DNA from: Selaginella moellendorffii
Taxonomy: Eukaryota > Plantae > Lycopodiophyta
DNA: 64,000 bases
Direction of reading: 5' to 3'
Assembly: GCF_000143415.4 (NCBI RefSeq)
Contig: NW_003314362.1
Location: forward strand, 1 to 64,000
Position numbers and translations under genes: made by a program. The notes beneath the pieces were generated by a model. The model saw nothing but the letters and a program-made list of their open reading frames with translations. It had not been told where the DNA came from and made no database searches. Numbering within the stretch: position 1 is the stretch's first letter; every line of letters begins with the position of its first letter. Below, piece by piece: positions 1 to 13,200 of the stretch.

Positions 1-1004
1 CTGTGAGTGTGCATCTTGTTCTATGTATAAAACTTCAGTACAAGTTCAAGTTCATTCAAATTGTACAACTCGAAGAATCTTCTGGAGCTCTAGCTGCTTC
101 ATTCACGCAGGATGGGCTCAATAGAAACCAGAACGTTTTTTATTCCATGAGGCCAGGAGCACTGCAGCTTGGAATAGTTCCTGGTTCCCAATATAGCCAC
201 TGGGAATAAGGATAAGGGAACACCATTTGTGAGATTTGTCAGCAGGTAATGTCATCCGCACTAAATTTTTTGATTTTCTTACTTTCCTCATATTCGCTGA
301 TTTCAATCAATACAGAATTTATTCAATCAACTTACAAAATTTCCTTGTCATGCTCGCTCGATGTTGTTGATATTGTATGGAGTTATGCATCCAAGTCGAC
401 TGTGAGAATTCCTCATCCCTTGCTGACCATGGCAAAGTTTCTCAAGTCAGAGTTCTCCTTCTCCTACCCAGCTGTAAGTTCCATGGCACAAGGCTCTTGG
501 CTGCCATGAAATCAAAGATGTGCTGGTTGTGTTCTTTGCTCTCCACACACGGACATTGAGAGACTCAGCACTGGTTGGGCGAGTCCCATTTCTATAAGAA
601 TGGAACCAGCTCAAAACCTGTTTTTTCATGTTCAGTAGATTCTATTTTTGCCCTGCTGGGATTTTATCGATGGAGGCTTTATGGAGTGATCCTTGTGATG
701 GTGGTGGGCAGGAGAAAGACGAGACTGGGAATCCTGAAATCCCATGCTCTTGTTGCAGCAGGTTGAAGGTAGGGACTTTGTTCCTTGAGTTGTCTGAGAG
801 TTCTAAGCAATTCTTGCTCGTCCTCATTTATTTTTCTCTCTTTTGTGTTTGGTAGTATGCTCATCAAAAGTGTGTGCAGCACTGGTGCAACTAAAAAGAG
901 GACACCATCTGCAAGATTTGTCTGCAGGTACATCATTTACAACTTACAATTTGCTTACCTTCCTTCTGTTTGCTGATTTCAATCATTCTTTAGTTTTAAA
1001 TGCA

Positions 1005-1765
1005 GCCAAGGTAGAGCTCCATTCCTGAGAGTTATGACACAACACTTAAGAACTTAACTGCAAATGTGGATTTCCGCACAAGGGTCACCAACCTGTCGCT
1101 GCTTCCATCGCTGCATGATGTTTGTGGTCATGAGAAAAAAACAAAAGCTGCAGAACGCACAGCTTAGAATCAAAGTTGTAAGTCTCAGTAGCAACTGGTA
1201 GTAGTAACAAGGTAAGAAACTTTGTTGTTTAGGCCGGCTGAGATTTCTAAGCAAGTTTCTGGCTTTGCTTGTGTTCTATGATTCTTATGATCATTTTTTC
1301 ATTTTTTTTTTCTTTTTCTTGGTGTTTGGTGCCTCACCGCTGTTTTGCAGCTTTTTAAATGCTATATAGCGCCAATCCAGTTTCATGCCACTCCTATTGC
1401 TCTCTCCCTAATGACCACTCGAGGTATGTGTACTTTTTCTTTTCCTTGACATGCTTACTCGGATTCTTCATTGTTTAGTTTATAATTTTTTTTTTATAGT
1501 GCTGTTTTTCATTAAGCAATTTCTGTGAAGCTGAGGTAGAGCTCCATTCATAAGAATTGTGCTCAAGAACTTTCATAGAAGGGTCACTAAACTGTCACTA
1601 CCACCATCACTGCATGATATCTGTGATTTTATGGCTCAAACTTGTCATGAGAAAAAACAGTTAGTGCAGTAAAGAAATGACTAAAAAGGCATGAAGGAAT
1701 TGCAAACCTGGTAAAGCTGTATAATACACATTGGAATCAAAGCTGTAAGTCTTGGTAGCAACCTA
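1005..1765. repeat. Degenerate tandem duplication (two diverged copies, ~1005-1215 and ~1531-1765)
   Basis: Shared blocks AGGTAGAGCTCCATTC, AAGGGTCAC-A-CTGTC, CATC-CTGCATGAT, GTCATGAGAAAAAA and GAATCAAAG-TGTAAGTCT--GTAGCAAC occur in the same order in both copies. Confidence 0.7.
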
Positions 1766-1890
1766 TAAAAATAAACATGCTAAAACAAATTAAGAAAAAG
1801 AAATAGTTTAAACAATTATAGTTACAAATACATCTTTTCAAATTGAAAATATTCTCTACTACTCCCAGCAGAGCTGGGATCCCTGCTAGT

Positions 1891-2517
1891 AAGTAAAAAT
1901 GGATATTCTTAAAATGGAATATGTGACGCCGATGCCAAAATAGCAACTTTAAATAAATGAAACGTACCATCTACATATCAATCAAAGGTGTTGGATAAGG
2001 AACAAATGTAGGTTGCGGCTTTTGGTAGGAGGTTTTTTGGTCCCTCGCCAGGCTCGACGCCACCGTTGCTGCAATTGGCCGGAATATCTTGGTCATCCTG
2101 GAACATCTCAAGTTAGAATCGCAGGACGACAATAGGGGGGTCGAGACTCTTTTACCAGATGATATTCTCTGTTGAGTACTTTTTCCATAAGTGTGACTCT
2201 TTTCTTCACGAACTCGGTAATTCTACGAACTCTACAAACAGAGATAAATCCCTTCCTAGGGTTAGAAATAGGATAAATGAAACGTACCATCTACATATCA
2301 ATCTGCAAAGCATTCTTAAGCAAAGCATTCCCTCCCAGTCGATGGAGCGGTTGCAAATCTAGAATTGAAACAGTACCTCCCATATTGCCATCTTGGCCGT
2401 CTATATCAATCGTCACAGATTTGGACAGTCAGATTAATAGTATCTGCCATAAGTAAATTTGAATATTCTTAAAATGGAATATGTGACGCCGATGCCAAAA
2501 TAGCAACTTTAAATAAA
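1891..2517. repeat. Dispersed near-perfect direct repeats (~60 bp at ~1903-1957 / ~2463-2517; ~31 bp at ~1953-1983 / ~2273-2303)
   Basis: ATATTCTTAAAATGGAATATGTGACGCCGATGCCAAAATAGCAACTTTAAATAAA occurs twice. ATAAATGAAACGTACCATCTACATATCAATC also occurs twice. Confidence 0.85.
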
Positions 2518-3424
2518 GAGTTTGATGATTTGTGGCACTTAGCATCAAACACTTTGAATAAAAATCTCTAAAATAGAAAAAGAAAAGAAAATTAATTAAG
2601 CCTTGAAGTTTATTCCACTGGCCCTGGTGTTGAAAGGAGGGCACCCTAAACCATCTAGTCTCTCTACTGTAATCAAACTCCATGCTAAATAGCTCCAAAT
2701 GCATCACTCAAGTCCCATTTTGCTCTGGGCTTGGGCTTGGGCTGGATATTTAAAGAATGTCTCACTTTGGAGGATCAAGCGATTGTGGTGCAAAGAGTAC
2801 CCATAGACTGCTTGCAAGAAAAGGTGACACAGCCCCAAAAATAGCTGACGTGATTTGCTGGAGAGAGAAGAGACGAAAAGAAAGAAACATTAGAACACAG
2901 AGAAAAGAAAAGTAGTAGCAGTGTGACTTTCTTGTCCATTTTTTTTGCTAAGTTTTGTTGGAAGAACATATTTGCTGAACTCATGGCCTTGTGTCCTAAA
3001 AATGGTGTGAAATGAAGGTGAAAAAACTAATGAAGTAGTTGGAGTATCAATAGCAATGCCACCTGGAAACTACTAAACACTAAATGATAGGAAATGACTG
3101 TGTAAAAAAAGATGATATGAAAAGAACTTTGAGAAACTCTAGAGTCACAAGCTTCAGGGAGAAACGAGATCGATGCAGCCTTGAGGCCAGAACCCAGGCT
3201 AAAGAAAAGAAAGATCACACTGCGGCATGCCCCAAATAATATTATAGACATGAAGATTGTTAAGCACGTGATGGTGGTGGTTTTTTAAAGTACTGTTTGA
3301 AAACATGTGAAGCTTACGTCAAGCCAGACGCATAAAGCCAAGGTTCGATTCCCAGTGTCATTAGTTTTAGGGCTTTAGGCAAGGGGATACCAAGAGTTTG
3401 GTGCAAAACAGAGGAAAGAAAAGG

Positions 3425-4155
3425 ATGTTCAGACATACTTATCAGACAGGATGCCTGTCCATTTTGTACAGCCTAAGGTGAGCTTCTTGTGTGGAGCGCT
3501 GACCTGTGGTTGGCCACCACTACAGGGGGAAGAATCCTCTCCAGTCGTGGAAGAGGCACGGTGAGCAGCACTTCGTGCATGGATTGACGGGAAATGAGTG
3601 GGGGTGTATAAGTGCGTATGGTGACGTTAAGAGCGTCCGGGACGAGGACATTGAGTCCTATGTTGTGGAGATTATGGGGGCGAACGTTCAGATGACAGGC
3701 ATCACTTGTCCACGGGACAATTCTGACTCTCTCGCCGTTCGGCTCCCTTTTTTCGTTATGATCGTCAAGAACATGAAGCGCTACTTCATGTTTGAAGTCG
3801 AGGTGATTGACGACAAAAACAAGCACCGCCGCTTCATTGCCTCCAATTTCCGGGTAAGAAATGCCCAGAACTGGAATGCGAAACATGTGTTGGCTTTTGT
3901 TGGCAGACAGCAACTCGCGTTGGTCAGTCCGTGTGCTTGATGCCTGTCACCTTGGACGTTGGGTGGAACCAGGTGCACTTCGACCTTCCTGGCTGCACCC
4001 GACTTGCCTACGGTACCAACTACAGGGAAACCGTCCGAGTGAGGGTGTTTGCCAACTGCAGAATCCGCTCGGTCTTTTTCTGCGACCGAATATATGCCGA
4101 GGAAACGCTGCCGCCCGAGTACAAGCTCTTCCTGCCAATTCAGGTAAAAGCCTAA
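3425..4155 (+). CDS. CFAP20: Divergent CFAP20/BUG22 (cilia- and flagella-associated protein 20) paralog, spliced
   Basis: Assembled MFRHTYQTGCLSILYSL..KNPLQ..DEDIESYVVEIMGANV..LPFFVMIVKNMKRYFMFEVEVIDDKNKHRRFIASNF..GWNQVHFDL..RLAYGTNYRETVRVRVFANCRIR..LPPEYKLFLPIQ is colinear with the CFAP20 consensus. Introns at 3478-3525 and 3854-3906; the status of 3561-3612 is ambiguous. Confidence 0.88.
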
Positions 4156-4286
4156 ATTCAGCTTCACCCTTCCTGGACTGGTACTTTGCAACAGCGAAAG
4201 CAGTGGATTGATCTACCCAGCCAACAGCAGACAGCTGCATACGTACCGCACTCCAAACGTTGTGTGGCTTAATGGCCTTGGCACCA

Positions 4287-7200
4287 TCAGTAGTCGATGT
4301 TCATGGACAGAGCAACTCCTTGCAGAACCCAATGTGACGTGTGTTCCTCAGTAGCCAAGTCCGCTTCAAAGATGAGTCCCACGCCCATAGCGTTTCGGCG
4401 TGCCTGTGTGACGTAAACAGGCGTTCTAAACGTGTTTTGAAGCTTGATCTTGCTGGCCTCCATGGGAATGATTTCCAATATTGGCAGCTCGACAACGAGC
4501 TGCTTTGGATCCTGGGGAGACAAGCAACGTTAACGCTTCTCTTCCACTGGCGTTGACTAGTACCTGTCGCTTGAGAAACGACTTTTCCAGATCCCAATTG
4601 GCGCCTTCCAGGTAGAGGCCAGTGACATAGCATCCATGCTTGGGCTTCTCCGGGACTTCATCAATGCTTTTGAACTTGGTCACCTGTGGAGCATCTTTAA
4701 ATGACAAGCAAGGAAACGGTATAAACAAAAACCTTGGTGTAGATAGTGGACTTGTCTAGTGGCCAACCGCGGTCCCTGCACGCAGTTTGAACAAGTGCAG
4801 CAATATATGTTTCGGGAATCTGGAGTCCCGACAGCCACATAACTTTCGGCTCCCCGTGCTCGGCCCAATTTTTGTATTGTTGATCTCGCCGCAACAACCA
4901 CACAATCCAAGCTGCAAGCATCTTCTCTGTCTGTGTTTTATTTTTTATTTAATTTCCAATGCATTAACATTAACCAACACATCAATAATACGGATTTCAT
5001 AAAACTGATCTATACCTGAGAGGTTAGCCTGCGCCACATGTTTGGAAGCTGCCCATTAAACAAAGCCGTTGAGAGCTCGTCTAAGTCTTTGCTCATCCCA
5101 ATCTCTCCAGCAAGTGCTTTCTTGAGCTTCCGAAGGCTCTCTGCCATGCTGGTAATAAGCCTGTTCCATCTCTCAATCTCTTGGAGAAGCACAACCTGGG
5201 GCAGGCATCCAAGAAGTTGACAAACAATAGCAGACGTGACTTACTTGCACGGGCGTAGGGACTCCAAATCTTTTCTTCAACACAGGAAGATCAAAAGGCA
5301 CAGGAAGCTTGGACAGTATATCTGACGCCACACGCTCAATGATGTCCTCTCTTCTCACCCCGCCTCCACTGTCCCCTCCACGAGGCTGCAAGTCCACAAG
5401 GTCTTTCCACAGGTTCTTGGTCGTATTGGTGTAGTAGCTAATATCGGCATTGGAGTGGAGACCAAACACCTCAGGCGTCTGGACTATTGGTAGGGAGTCA
5501 ATGTAATTGGTGTAGTTCTCTCTGGGCCCTGCAGGAGGAAGCATATAGCCAGAGCCATCGTCTTTGGTGTAGAAAAAAAAGGGATGGAACTTGTCAAACA
5601 AAAAGTCCCCCAGGTATTCATCCAGGTAAGTTTTCAAGATCCTCCGGTCGAACGAGTCCGAGACACGCCCTCCATACATGGCCTCACCAATGAGGTAGCG
5701 CAGCGTGCCCCACGGTATGGTGTCATCCCTGTTATCAAAAGCCTTCCGCAGGTACGTGGAGATGAGCAACAGGCTGTGCAGGAGGGAAGGCGAGGGGTTA
5801 AGCACGCGGAGCTAGCGCAAGAGCTCACCTGATGCGAAGGTCGGTCTCGTTAAAGTCGTAAGGGACATTCCATCCAAGCCTTCCGTACTTTCGCCGCTCT
5901 TGCACCACTGCATGGAAAAAGGCAACCACAAACACCTGCACATATACAGAAGTCAAGGTGGCGTGAGTGCCTCCGAGAGCAGAGACCCACCTGCGGACGG
6001 AAAGCAAAGTGTGGGCAGTCAGCAAGCATCTCTTCGGTGATTTTGGCGTACGATGATCTCAAGTTGAGCTTGAGCCCGTTGGGGGGCTCCGTGACAACTT
6101 TTAAGCTGCGCTGCAGGATGCCAAGAGGGAAAGTTGACGTCGGCTCCGTGGTGAGCCAAAGCCTGAATTCGGGATGAGGTTTGGTTATCTTCTCAAGGAT
6201 CTTTTCCAGCGTCTTTAGCCAGGACGGGAGCAGATGACAATTTTGAAGCATGACCCACAGGCCACGGCCGGAGCCCGACTCGAGTGTCTCTGCTGCCTTT
6301 GGCCCCATTCCCTGTCCCAGAGCCATATACTTGAGCTTTGCACCGGGCTTGAACCCCATCTCCTCTCCCAGGTTGAAAACGTCGAAAGCTGGGTCAGCAC
6401 CAGGGCTAAGAATGAAGACGATGGGCGTCAATGCCGAGCTTTGGCGGTGTATGCTCTTGTAGTCGAGCACCGGAGGCATGACATACTTCTCTCCCATCCG
6501 GTCTATCACGTACCGCTGCAGTTTAACAAGTGATCAAACACGTTGACCAGCAAACAATTAGCATTCAATTTTACCGTGACAGCGACCGTGATCCTGTCGA
6601 TGCGGAAGCAGCGTAAGACGCAGAGCTGCTCGAAAAGATTGAGCTTGTCGTTGAATTGTCCTGGCATGGATGCCATCTCTGGCTGATCTTCCTCGTACCA
6701 TGACTTCCATTCCGGTCCATTCTCCGAGAAGTGGTCTACTAGAGCTTTGAACTGCGGGCCCAGTTCCATCATCTCCACGACATCTTGCCACCCCGTGTCC
6801 GGAAACCAGTCGTGTGGCTTTGGCAGGGGCGATTTCTCCAGAGACAGGTTGCCCTTGAGGAAGAACTGCAGCTGAGCATGATCCATTCCTGTCTCCCCGT
6901 CGATGATCCTGGTTGTTAGCTGGAAGGAGAGCATCAACTTGTGCTTCTCAAACAGCCCCGTGCACGTATAATTGTACACGTCGTATGTGACAGCGTCGAT
7001 GATGCTGCGTAGCCGCGCATCTAGTGTGGGTTCCCGCTTGCTCGTGGCCAGTGATATCTCAAACACTTGCAGAAAGGATGCCAGCGAGTACTCGTACATG
7101 TTGTTGATAGCGGAGAGGCCGGACATGACAAAAAAGAGGATGGCACCCCTCTTGGCAGCCGGGGAGTACCTCAGGCGCAGCTGCACACGAACCAGAAAAA

Positions 7201-10200
7201 CTCACACGGTTCATGGACACAACAACTTACTTGATCGATCTCTACGGACGTATCCCGGGCGAGCTTCAGCTTGTGAGAAATCTCAGATGCTTTAAGCTTC
7301 GTGTTTTCCAAAGTTGTCAGCAGTTCCTCGTTATCCAGAATGTTACCCGTGGCATTGCTTAGTTCCTGACAGACCGGAGTGGAAACGCAGTCATTGCAGG
7401 TTTACGTAGGAACGAACACCAGGCATACCCGCAGAAGGGTGTCTTCGAGCTGTTTCAACAGCGCCTTGTTCTCGCTAGTGTCCCTCACAAGCTCTTCTCT
7501 TTGTTCCTCAAGGTCGGGTCTTTCATGTCTTACCTGTTGAAAAGCAAAAAAGAGCGTCAAACTCAGAAAGCTGGCCAGCTTACCGTGGCATTTAGCAGCT
7601 GCGACTGCAGCCCTTGTTCAGTGACGCCATAGTTGATGATCATAGTCTTTCCGGATATTTCTGGGCCATAGTGAGGATTCGGAAGCTTGCTTATTAAATA
7701 CAGCCTAAAGTTGTCGTCCTGTTTGCCGCTGAACAGTCAAAAACAAATACAGTCCTGGAAGATTGTATGCTCACCCATTCGACGTCTTTATCCCCGAGCT
7801 TGACACTTTTCCTTGCACCACCAGCAGATGTGAATGTTCTTTCTAGAACCGGATCTATGACAGGGTCTATATACTCGTCCACATTTTCAAACATAAATGG
7901 AAACCCATACTGGATTGCCATCTCAAGCTGCTTCACGAAGTCAGAGTCATTGAAGGTTTTCACCCGGCCCTCAAGCTGCTTGCCCTCCTTCTTTTTTATC
8001 CAGGATATGGCCTGCTCAGCAAAAGAAGCGTTGGGTTGGAGTTATCACAGAACTATACCTGCATTTGCGGGTCAATGCAAAGAGGAAAGCGGGACGCCCT
8101 TGTTGTTAGTATGCCGTTCTGAATGGAGAGCTCATTCGACGGCAATCCCTCGCTGTTCCACTTGCTAATCTCAACTTCACTCGTTAAAATGTTCTCTAGG
8201 AAGAAAGGGTCTGTGCAGGGCAACTCTTTGGATCGGATGTCTGCAAGCCAGATATTTTGAATGAGCTCCGTCCTGTAGTCCATTGTAAATGCCCCGCAAT
8301 AGCTGGGAGAAAACGATAGTAGTAAGTCAACATAACCGTAGTAGCATAGTCATAGTTTAGCCAACCTCAGGAAGCTGGAGGTGACGAGGCAGTCTCCAAT
8401 CAGCTTGACTCGAGCAACAGCAAGGTCGCCCAGTTCTCGAGACCATCTCTCGTGCTCCGAGCCCAAGCCAACGATAAGACGTTCAGCAGCGCTCAAACGC
8501 TTCTCCATGAGGTCTGCTTTCTCCTTAAGTGCTTGCTGCTCTGCTGTGTTGTCCTCAAATTGCTTCTGAAGAGCTCCCAGCTGCTCAGAAAGCTGCCTCA
8601 CCTGCGCTGGAGTAAAGGGGTGCTTAAGAAACAAAGAGTTGCCTTTTTAAAAACAAACCTCCTCCTGTATTTTCTCAAGCTCCTTCTGTGCATTCTTTAG
8701 ATTTTTTTCGGCATTGGCAACCGCCAGCCTCTTGGGCTGCACAACTTTTGCTACTCCGTAGTAGTTTACCATGGCAACCACCCAGCGGAGAAGCCCAGCT
8801 CCGGCTGTGGAGATGGTACTTAGTTCGTCCAAATTCAGTTTTGGATCCTTAAAGTACTCCTTGAGAGCTCGCATCTGAAAAACACCTCTTAGCTGTGCAT
8901 GCTTGTTAGGAGACGGGGAGCGACAGAGCAACCTGCTTCTCGGTAATGGAATCCTTGTCAAACTCCATTAACGTGGCCAAAAATCTGTTGTCAGCCATCA
9001 TTGCCTTGGCACCTTTCCAAGACACGTCTTTGATGCCCCGCAAGATAACCACGCACTCGCACACCTGTATTTTGGCCCTAGTAATCTCACATCACACTAG
9101 ACAAACTGTTACCTTTTGCACTAAGATGTGAGGCTTGGCAAAAGATCTAATCTCGGTAATCTCTTCCTTTTTAAGACTGTTAAGAGCTTCAGCAGCTGCT
9201 TCCAATGCTGGTAGTGCTTCCGCAAGAGCTACCTCTGCCTCTGCTTTCTCTCTTGTTATAACCTCACTTTGCTTGGATAAATCCACGGCTTTATCATTTG
9301 CAATGCCTTGTTTTGTCTGAACTTCAGCGGTATTCTTGCTGCAGCCTTCAGTGCATAAGGCAAGCATCCAGTGCATAAGGCAAGTTTACCTGATAACTTC
9401 GAGAAGCTCGTTACATTCCTTTGTCTTGGCATCAACAACAATTTTCGCGTCCGCAAGAGTAATCTAGGAAATAGCAGATTATAGGAAAAAGTTTGTAATA
9501 GCTAGAGGTAGTGTACCTGCATTTCTGAAACCTCAACCTTCGCCTGAATCAGTTTTTGGAGACCACCATTCAGTCTTGCAGCCATATCACTGTTATTAAC
9601 CCTGGTCTTGACGAGTGACGTCCGATAGTTTTCAATAAAGTCGAGAAAGTTTTTGGGTGTGACATAGTTGTAGCGACGCATTTTCTGCTCAAAACCTGCA
9701 CTCACCTTGCACACAGATTGGTGAACCATCACCATATGCTCTAGGATATGGGGGCGCAGGTTTTCCGGGAGGTCTAACTCCGATAGAAAGACCGTAGCCA
9801 CAGAGTGAAGTGCTTCTTCAGGCCATGGTGTTAGCCAGTTTATGACACAATTGTTGACCTGAGAAATTATAAAACAAATGTGTTGGCAAAGAGAAGAAAA
9901 ATAAAAAGACGGTATACCATGCCAGGAAAGTTTCGGCAGCGGGTTCTCAAAAGTTCACCAACTGGAGACATTGCCAGAGTGACATGCAAGTTACTGCGAC
10001 AACGATGAATGAAATAGGCCCAGCAGTTTTCTTTGGTGTCGACGATTCCAGCAGCGGTGACAGCATCTCGAATCTGCATTGGAAAAGGTGAGGACAGTGT
10101 GACCGGGGTACAGCATCGAACTTACCTGGCCGATCATTCCATCCTTCTCGTCTTCCGCAAAGAGTGCGGGTACCATTCCAGAAGTTAGCATGTTGTTTAC

Positions 10201-13200
10201 AAGCTCAAGAAAACCCTCGTCCACAACGTGAGCATCTGTGAAAAGGAAGACTACAGAACGGTTCTCAACGCCCAACATGTTATACAGCTTCTTCAAGTCC
10301 TCCCTAAATGTTTCCTCGTTGTAGCCCCTGGTGAGAGTTATCTCAAAAATGCTGCATCCAGCCGTAAAGGCGGACAGCTTAGACAGGCTCTTCTTGCCAC
10401 TGCCGCCAACGCCGACGAGGAGCGCATTCCCCTGGAGCAAAAATATTGGCAAGGCGGCTAAAATCTTGTTACGCATACCTGATCAAGGCGCATGATCCGA
10501 TGAATATGCGTCAGCTGCTCCAGCGCGTCCTTGAACATGACAAGGTTCATTCTCTTGTTCGTCAAGCTGTATTCGTCCAGGATTTCTTCAAATATTGGCT
10601 TCACTACGTCGTAGTTTCCAACGTCTACGTACAGCCGCACTTCACTTTCCTTGAGAGCATTCTTGTAGTCACCATATAGGATAGGATTGCCCGCAGCATA
10701 GTCTGCTGAATTTGGCAGCTTGAGTTTGAGTAATTCCGTGAGCTTACTCTGTTTATGCAATGAGAGCTGGCCAATGAGCATGAAAAGTACGACAGCATAT
10801 CGTACCTCCACAATCTCTTTGTCTTTGTCAGAGATGAGACGATCGTAGAATATTCTCAGTGCCTCGTTCCTCCATAGCCGCACCATCTGTGCGGCATTCT
10901 TCGTTGTGTCCGGGGTAGACAGGCAGAGTCCCTCGTATATCCTGCTTAAATCTCGTAGATTAAAGATGTAGTGGAAGCGCGATGGTGTTGGAGGAAGCCG
11001 ATCAAGTATGTAGTTGTAGAGTTCCAAGGTGACGTCCGTTATGACTCGAGTACTTTCCTGCAGATACCACACAATGTTGAGGTATAGAAGAAGCAAAAAT
11101 TGACGTTAACCTTAATGTCGGACGCAAGATTCTTGGCATGAGCCTCCAAAATCGCGTTATAGATATGCGACAAGGATTGGTTGGATGGAAACTGTATTTC
11201 CAGGACGGCAAAGAGGGAGATAAATCGCGGGTCGACGTTGTTCCTTGCACCTCCAGGACGACCCATTGCGCCAACATACTGCACGTCTTTGATAAATTTC
11301 CAGTTGAGTTCCTTCCTGCCAAGGCAAGAAGCATCACTCCTCCTGGGCTCACAAAAGAGACAAGACATTTACCCTCGGTCGTATATACCTCCACGCTCAA
11401 TCAGCAGCTTCAGCATTGCAATCGGCTGCTGAGTGCCATACGTGTCAACTCTAGGCATGTTCATGTCATCAATAAACAGTATCATTTTCCTTCCAACCGG
11501 AGGCCCGTAAATGTCCTGCGGGGAGACCCAGGCACCGCTGAATGAACATTAATGGACAGGTAGAGAGCAAGCACCTTGGTTCGTTTCTCTAGCACGTCTT
11601 CAACTGTAATCTGCACGTCCATGGATGTGGTGCGACTGCTAAAATTTGAGCTCAATATCAGCGTGCTAGCTGTCGGCATAGCGCCCAAGTACTTTTGTAT
11701 GATAACGGTTTTAGCGGTTCCACTTTCTCCAACGAAGAGAACAGCTTTGCCAATCTGCACGGAGTGAAACTTCTTCGGCCACAAAGTCGTGTAAAAGAAT
11801 AGCAAGCTTACCTCCATGAACGTGTCCAAAAGCCACGTTGATCTCACGGTGTCTATGGTTGGAACCAAGATTTTGCTGAACACGCGATCAGGTGGAGGCT
11901 GCAAAGGAAGTATGCATTAGGTGAGAACAAGCAGACTGAAAAAGTAATCTACCTCATATTCCGGGACCATTAACTTCCATGACCGCCACTGAAGATCCTT
12001 GACACTGAAGCAGAAATCGTAGAGGGATTCTGCCGGCAATTGTGTGGGTGGGAGGGGATCCGCAGTACTTGTTCCCATTAGAGCCAAAGACTTGATAAAC
12101 TTGTCGAAACGCTCTCGGTCACGGACTGCCGTGGACTGCACCACTCCGGCCCCTATTGACCATACCAAAGAAAAAATAAACACAGCCTCCAGCACCTGCA
12201 AAATGCGAGAGGCGTAAACACTAAGGTCCAGATTCCTTGCATCTTTAAAACCTGTGGAGCAGTGATAGGCTGATCTTCTGTCAGGATAGCTTCTAAAAGA
12301 GTGCACAGTTGAGCAGCCATATTCAGGTTGGTAAGCGGAATTGTCAATACCAAAGGAGAAGTGATTTCCTCCTCTGTTACGCCCTCCAGCACGTATTCTA
12401 TGCATTTTTGTGCGTACTTCTCGAATAGTTCGTTCAATAATCCAGCTTCCTCCTTACTGTAACATCTAGAAATGTAAATCCAGCCAAACAAATGCAAAAT
12501 CCCTACTTGGCTCGTTTGTTGACCCATTTCCAAATATACGGTTTGAATCCCAAATTCTTAGAGTCGACAAAGACCATCCCACACCTACTTACGGTAGCTG
12601 GTGAAGCGTACTGCAAATCCGACACCTACGGGAGCAAGGAATATAAAGTAGTCAAGTAAGGGGAAAATCGAAGTCCTCGTACCTCAAAAAGCAGCTTACA
12701 ATGATTCTGCAAACGGATTCGCTCTCCATTCGGAAGAGTGAGCAGCTTGTTGTCATCCATCACACTGTTCATATCCTCTACCCACAGAGCGTCCACGTCT
12801 CCATCGAATACGAGGTAGAACCTATCGTTTCTATCTGGAGCAAGAGGCTTGTTCATTTCTCGAAATATATTTGAAAGTAGACCATCCGTCCAGTCTCGAG
12901 TCTCAGGATCTGCATACAGTTTCTTATCAAGCAAATAAAAGAAATACCATGTCCTTACCCATCAAACCGTAGAGCTCAGTCGTAGGCTGAGCCTTTGGGT
13001 TTATAATGCTCAACTTGGTTGGACAATTGAGTTTAGTCTGAGCTCGCGCAAGCGTTTGTATGATCACGCTCTTACCACCTCCGGTTGGTCCGACAACCAT
13101 GGTGGTATGTCTAGTGAGCATAGTCTCGTATAGCTGAATAACTTTATCAACCTGTTCACTCGGACCGGTCATGACCAGGTAGCCATTTTCCTGTAATCCA

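Noticed and set aside
480-560. PPR-like peptide HIFDFMAAKSLVPWN on the minus strand
   Set aside because: A single short motif among stops, too weak to call a PPR pseudogene.
1891-2517. Repeat-spacer arrangement as a CRISPR-like array
   Set aside because: Only two copies per repeat, irregular spacing, a eukaryotic context and no cas genes.
9349-9384. 16-bp direct repeat CAGTGCATAAGGCAAG in a dynein intron
   Set aside because: A simple slippage duplication with no evident function.
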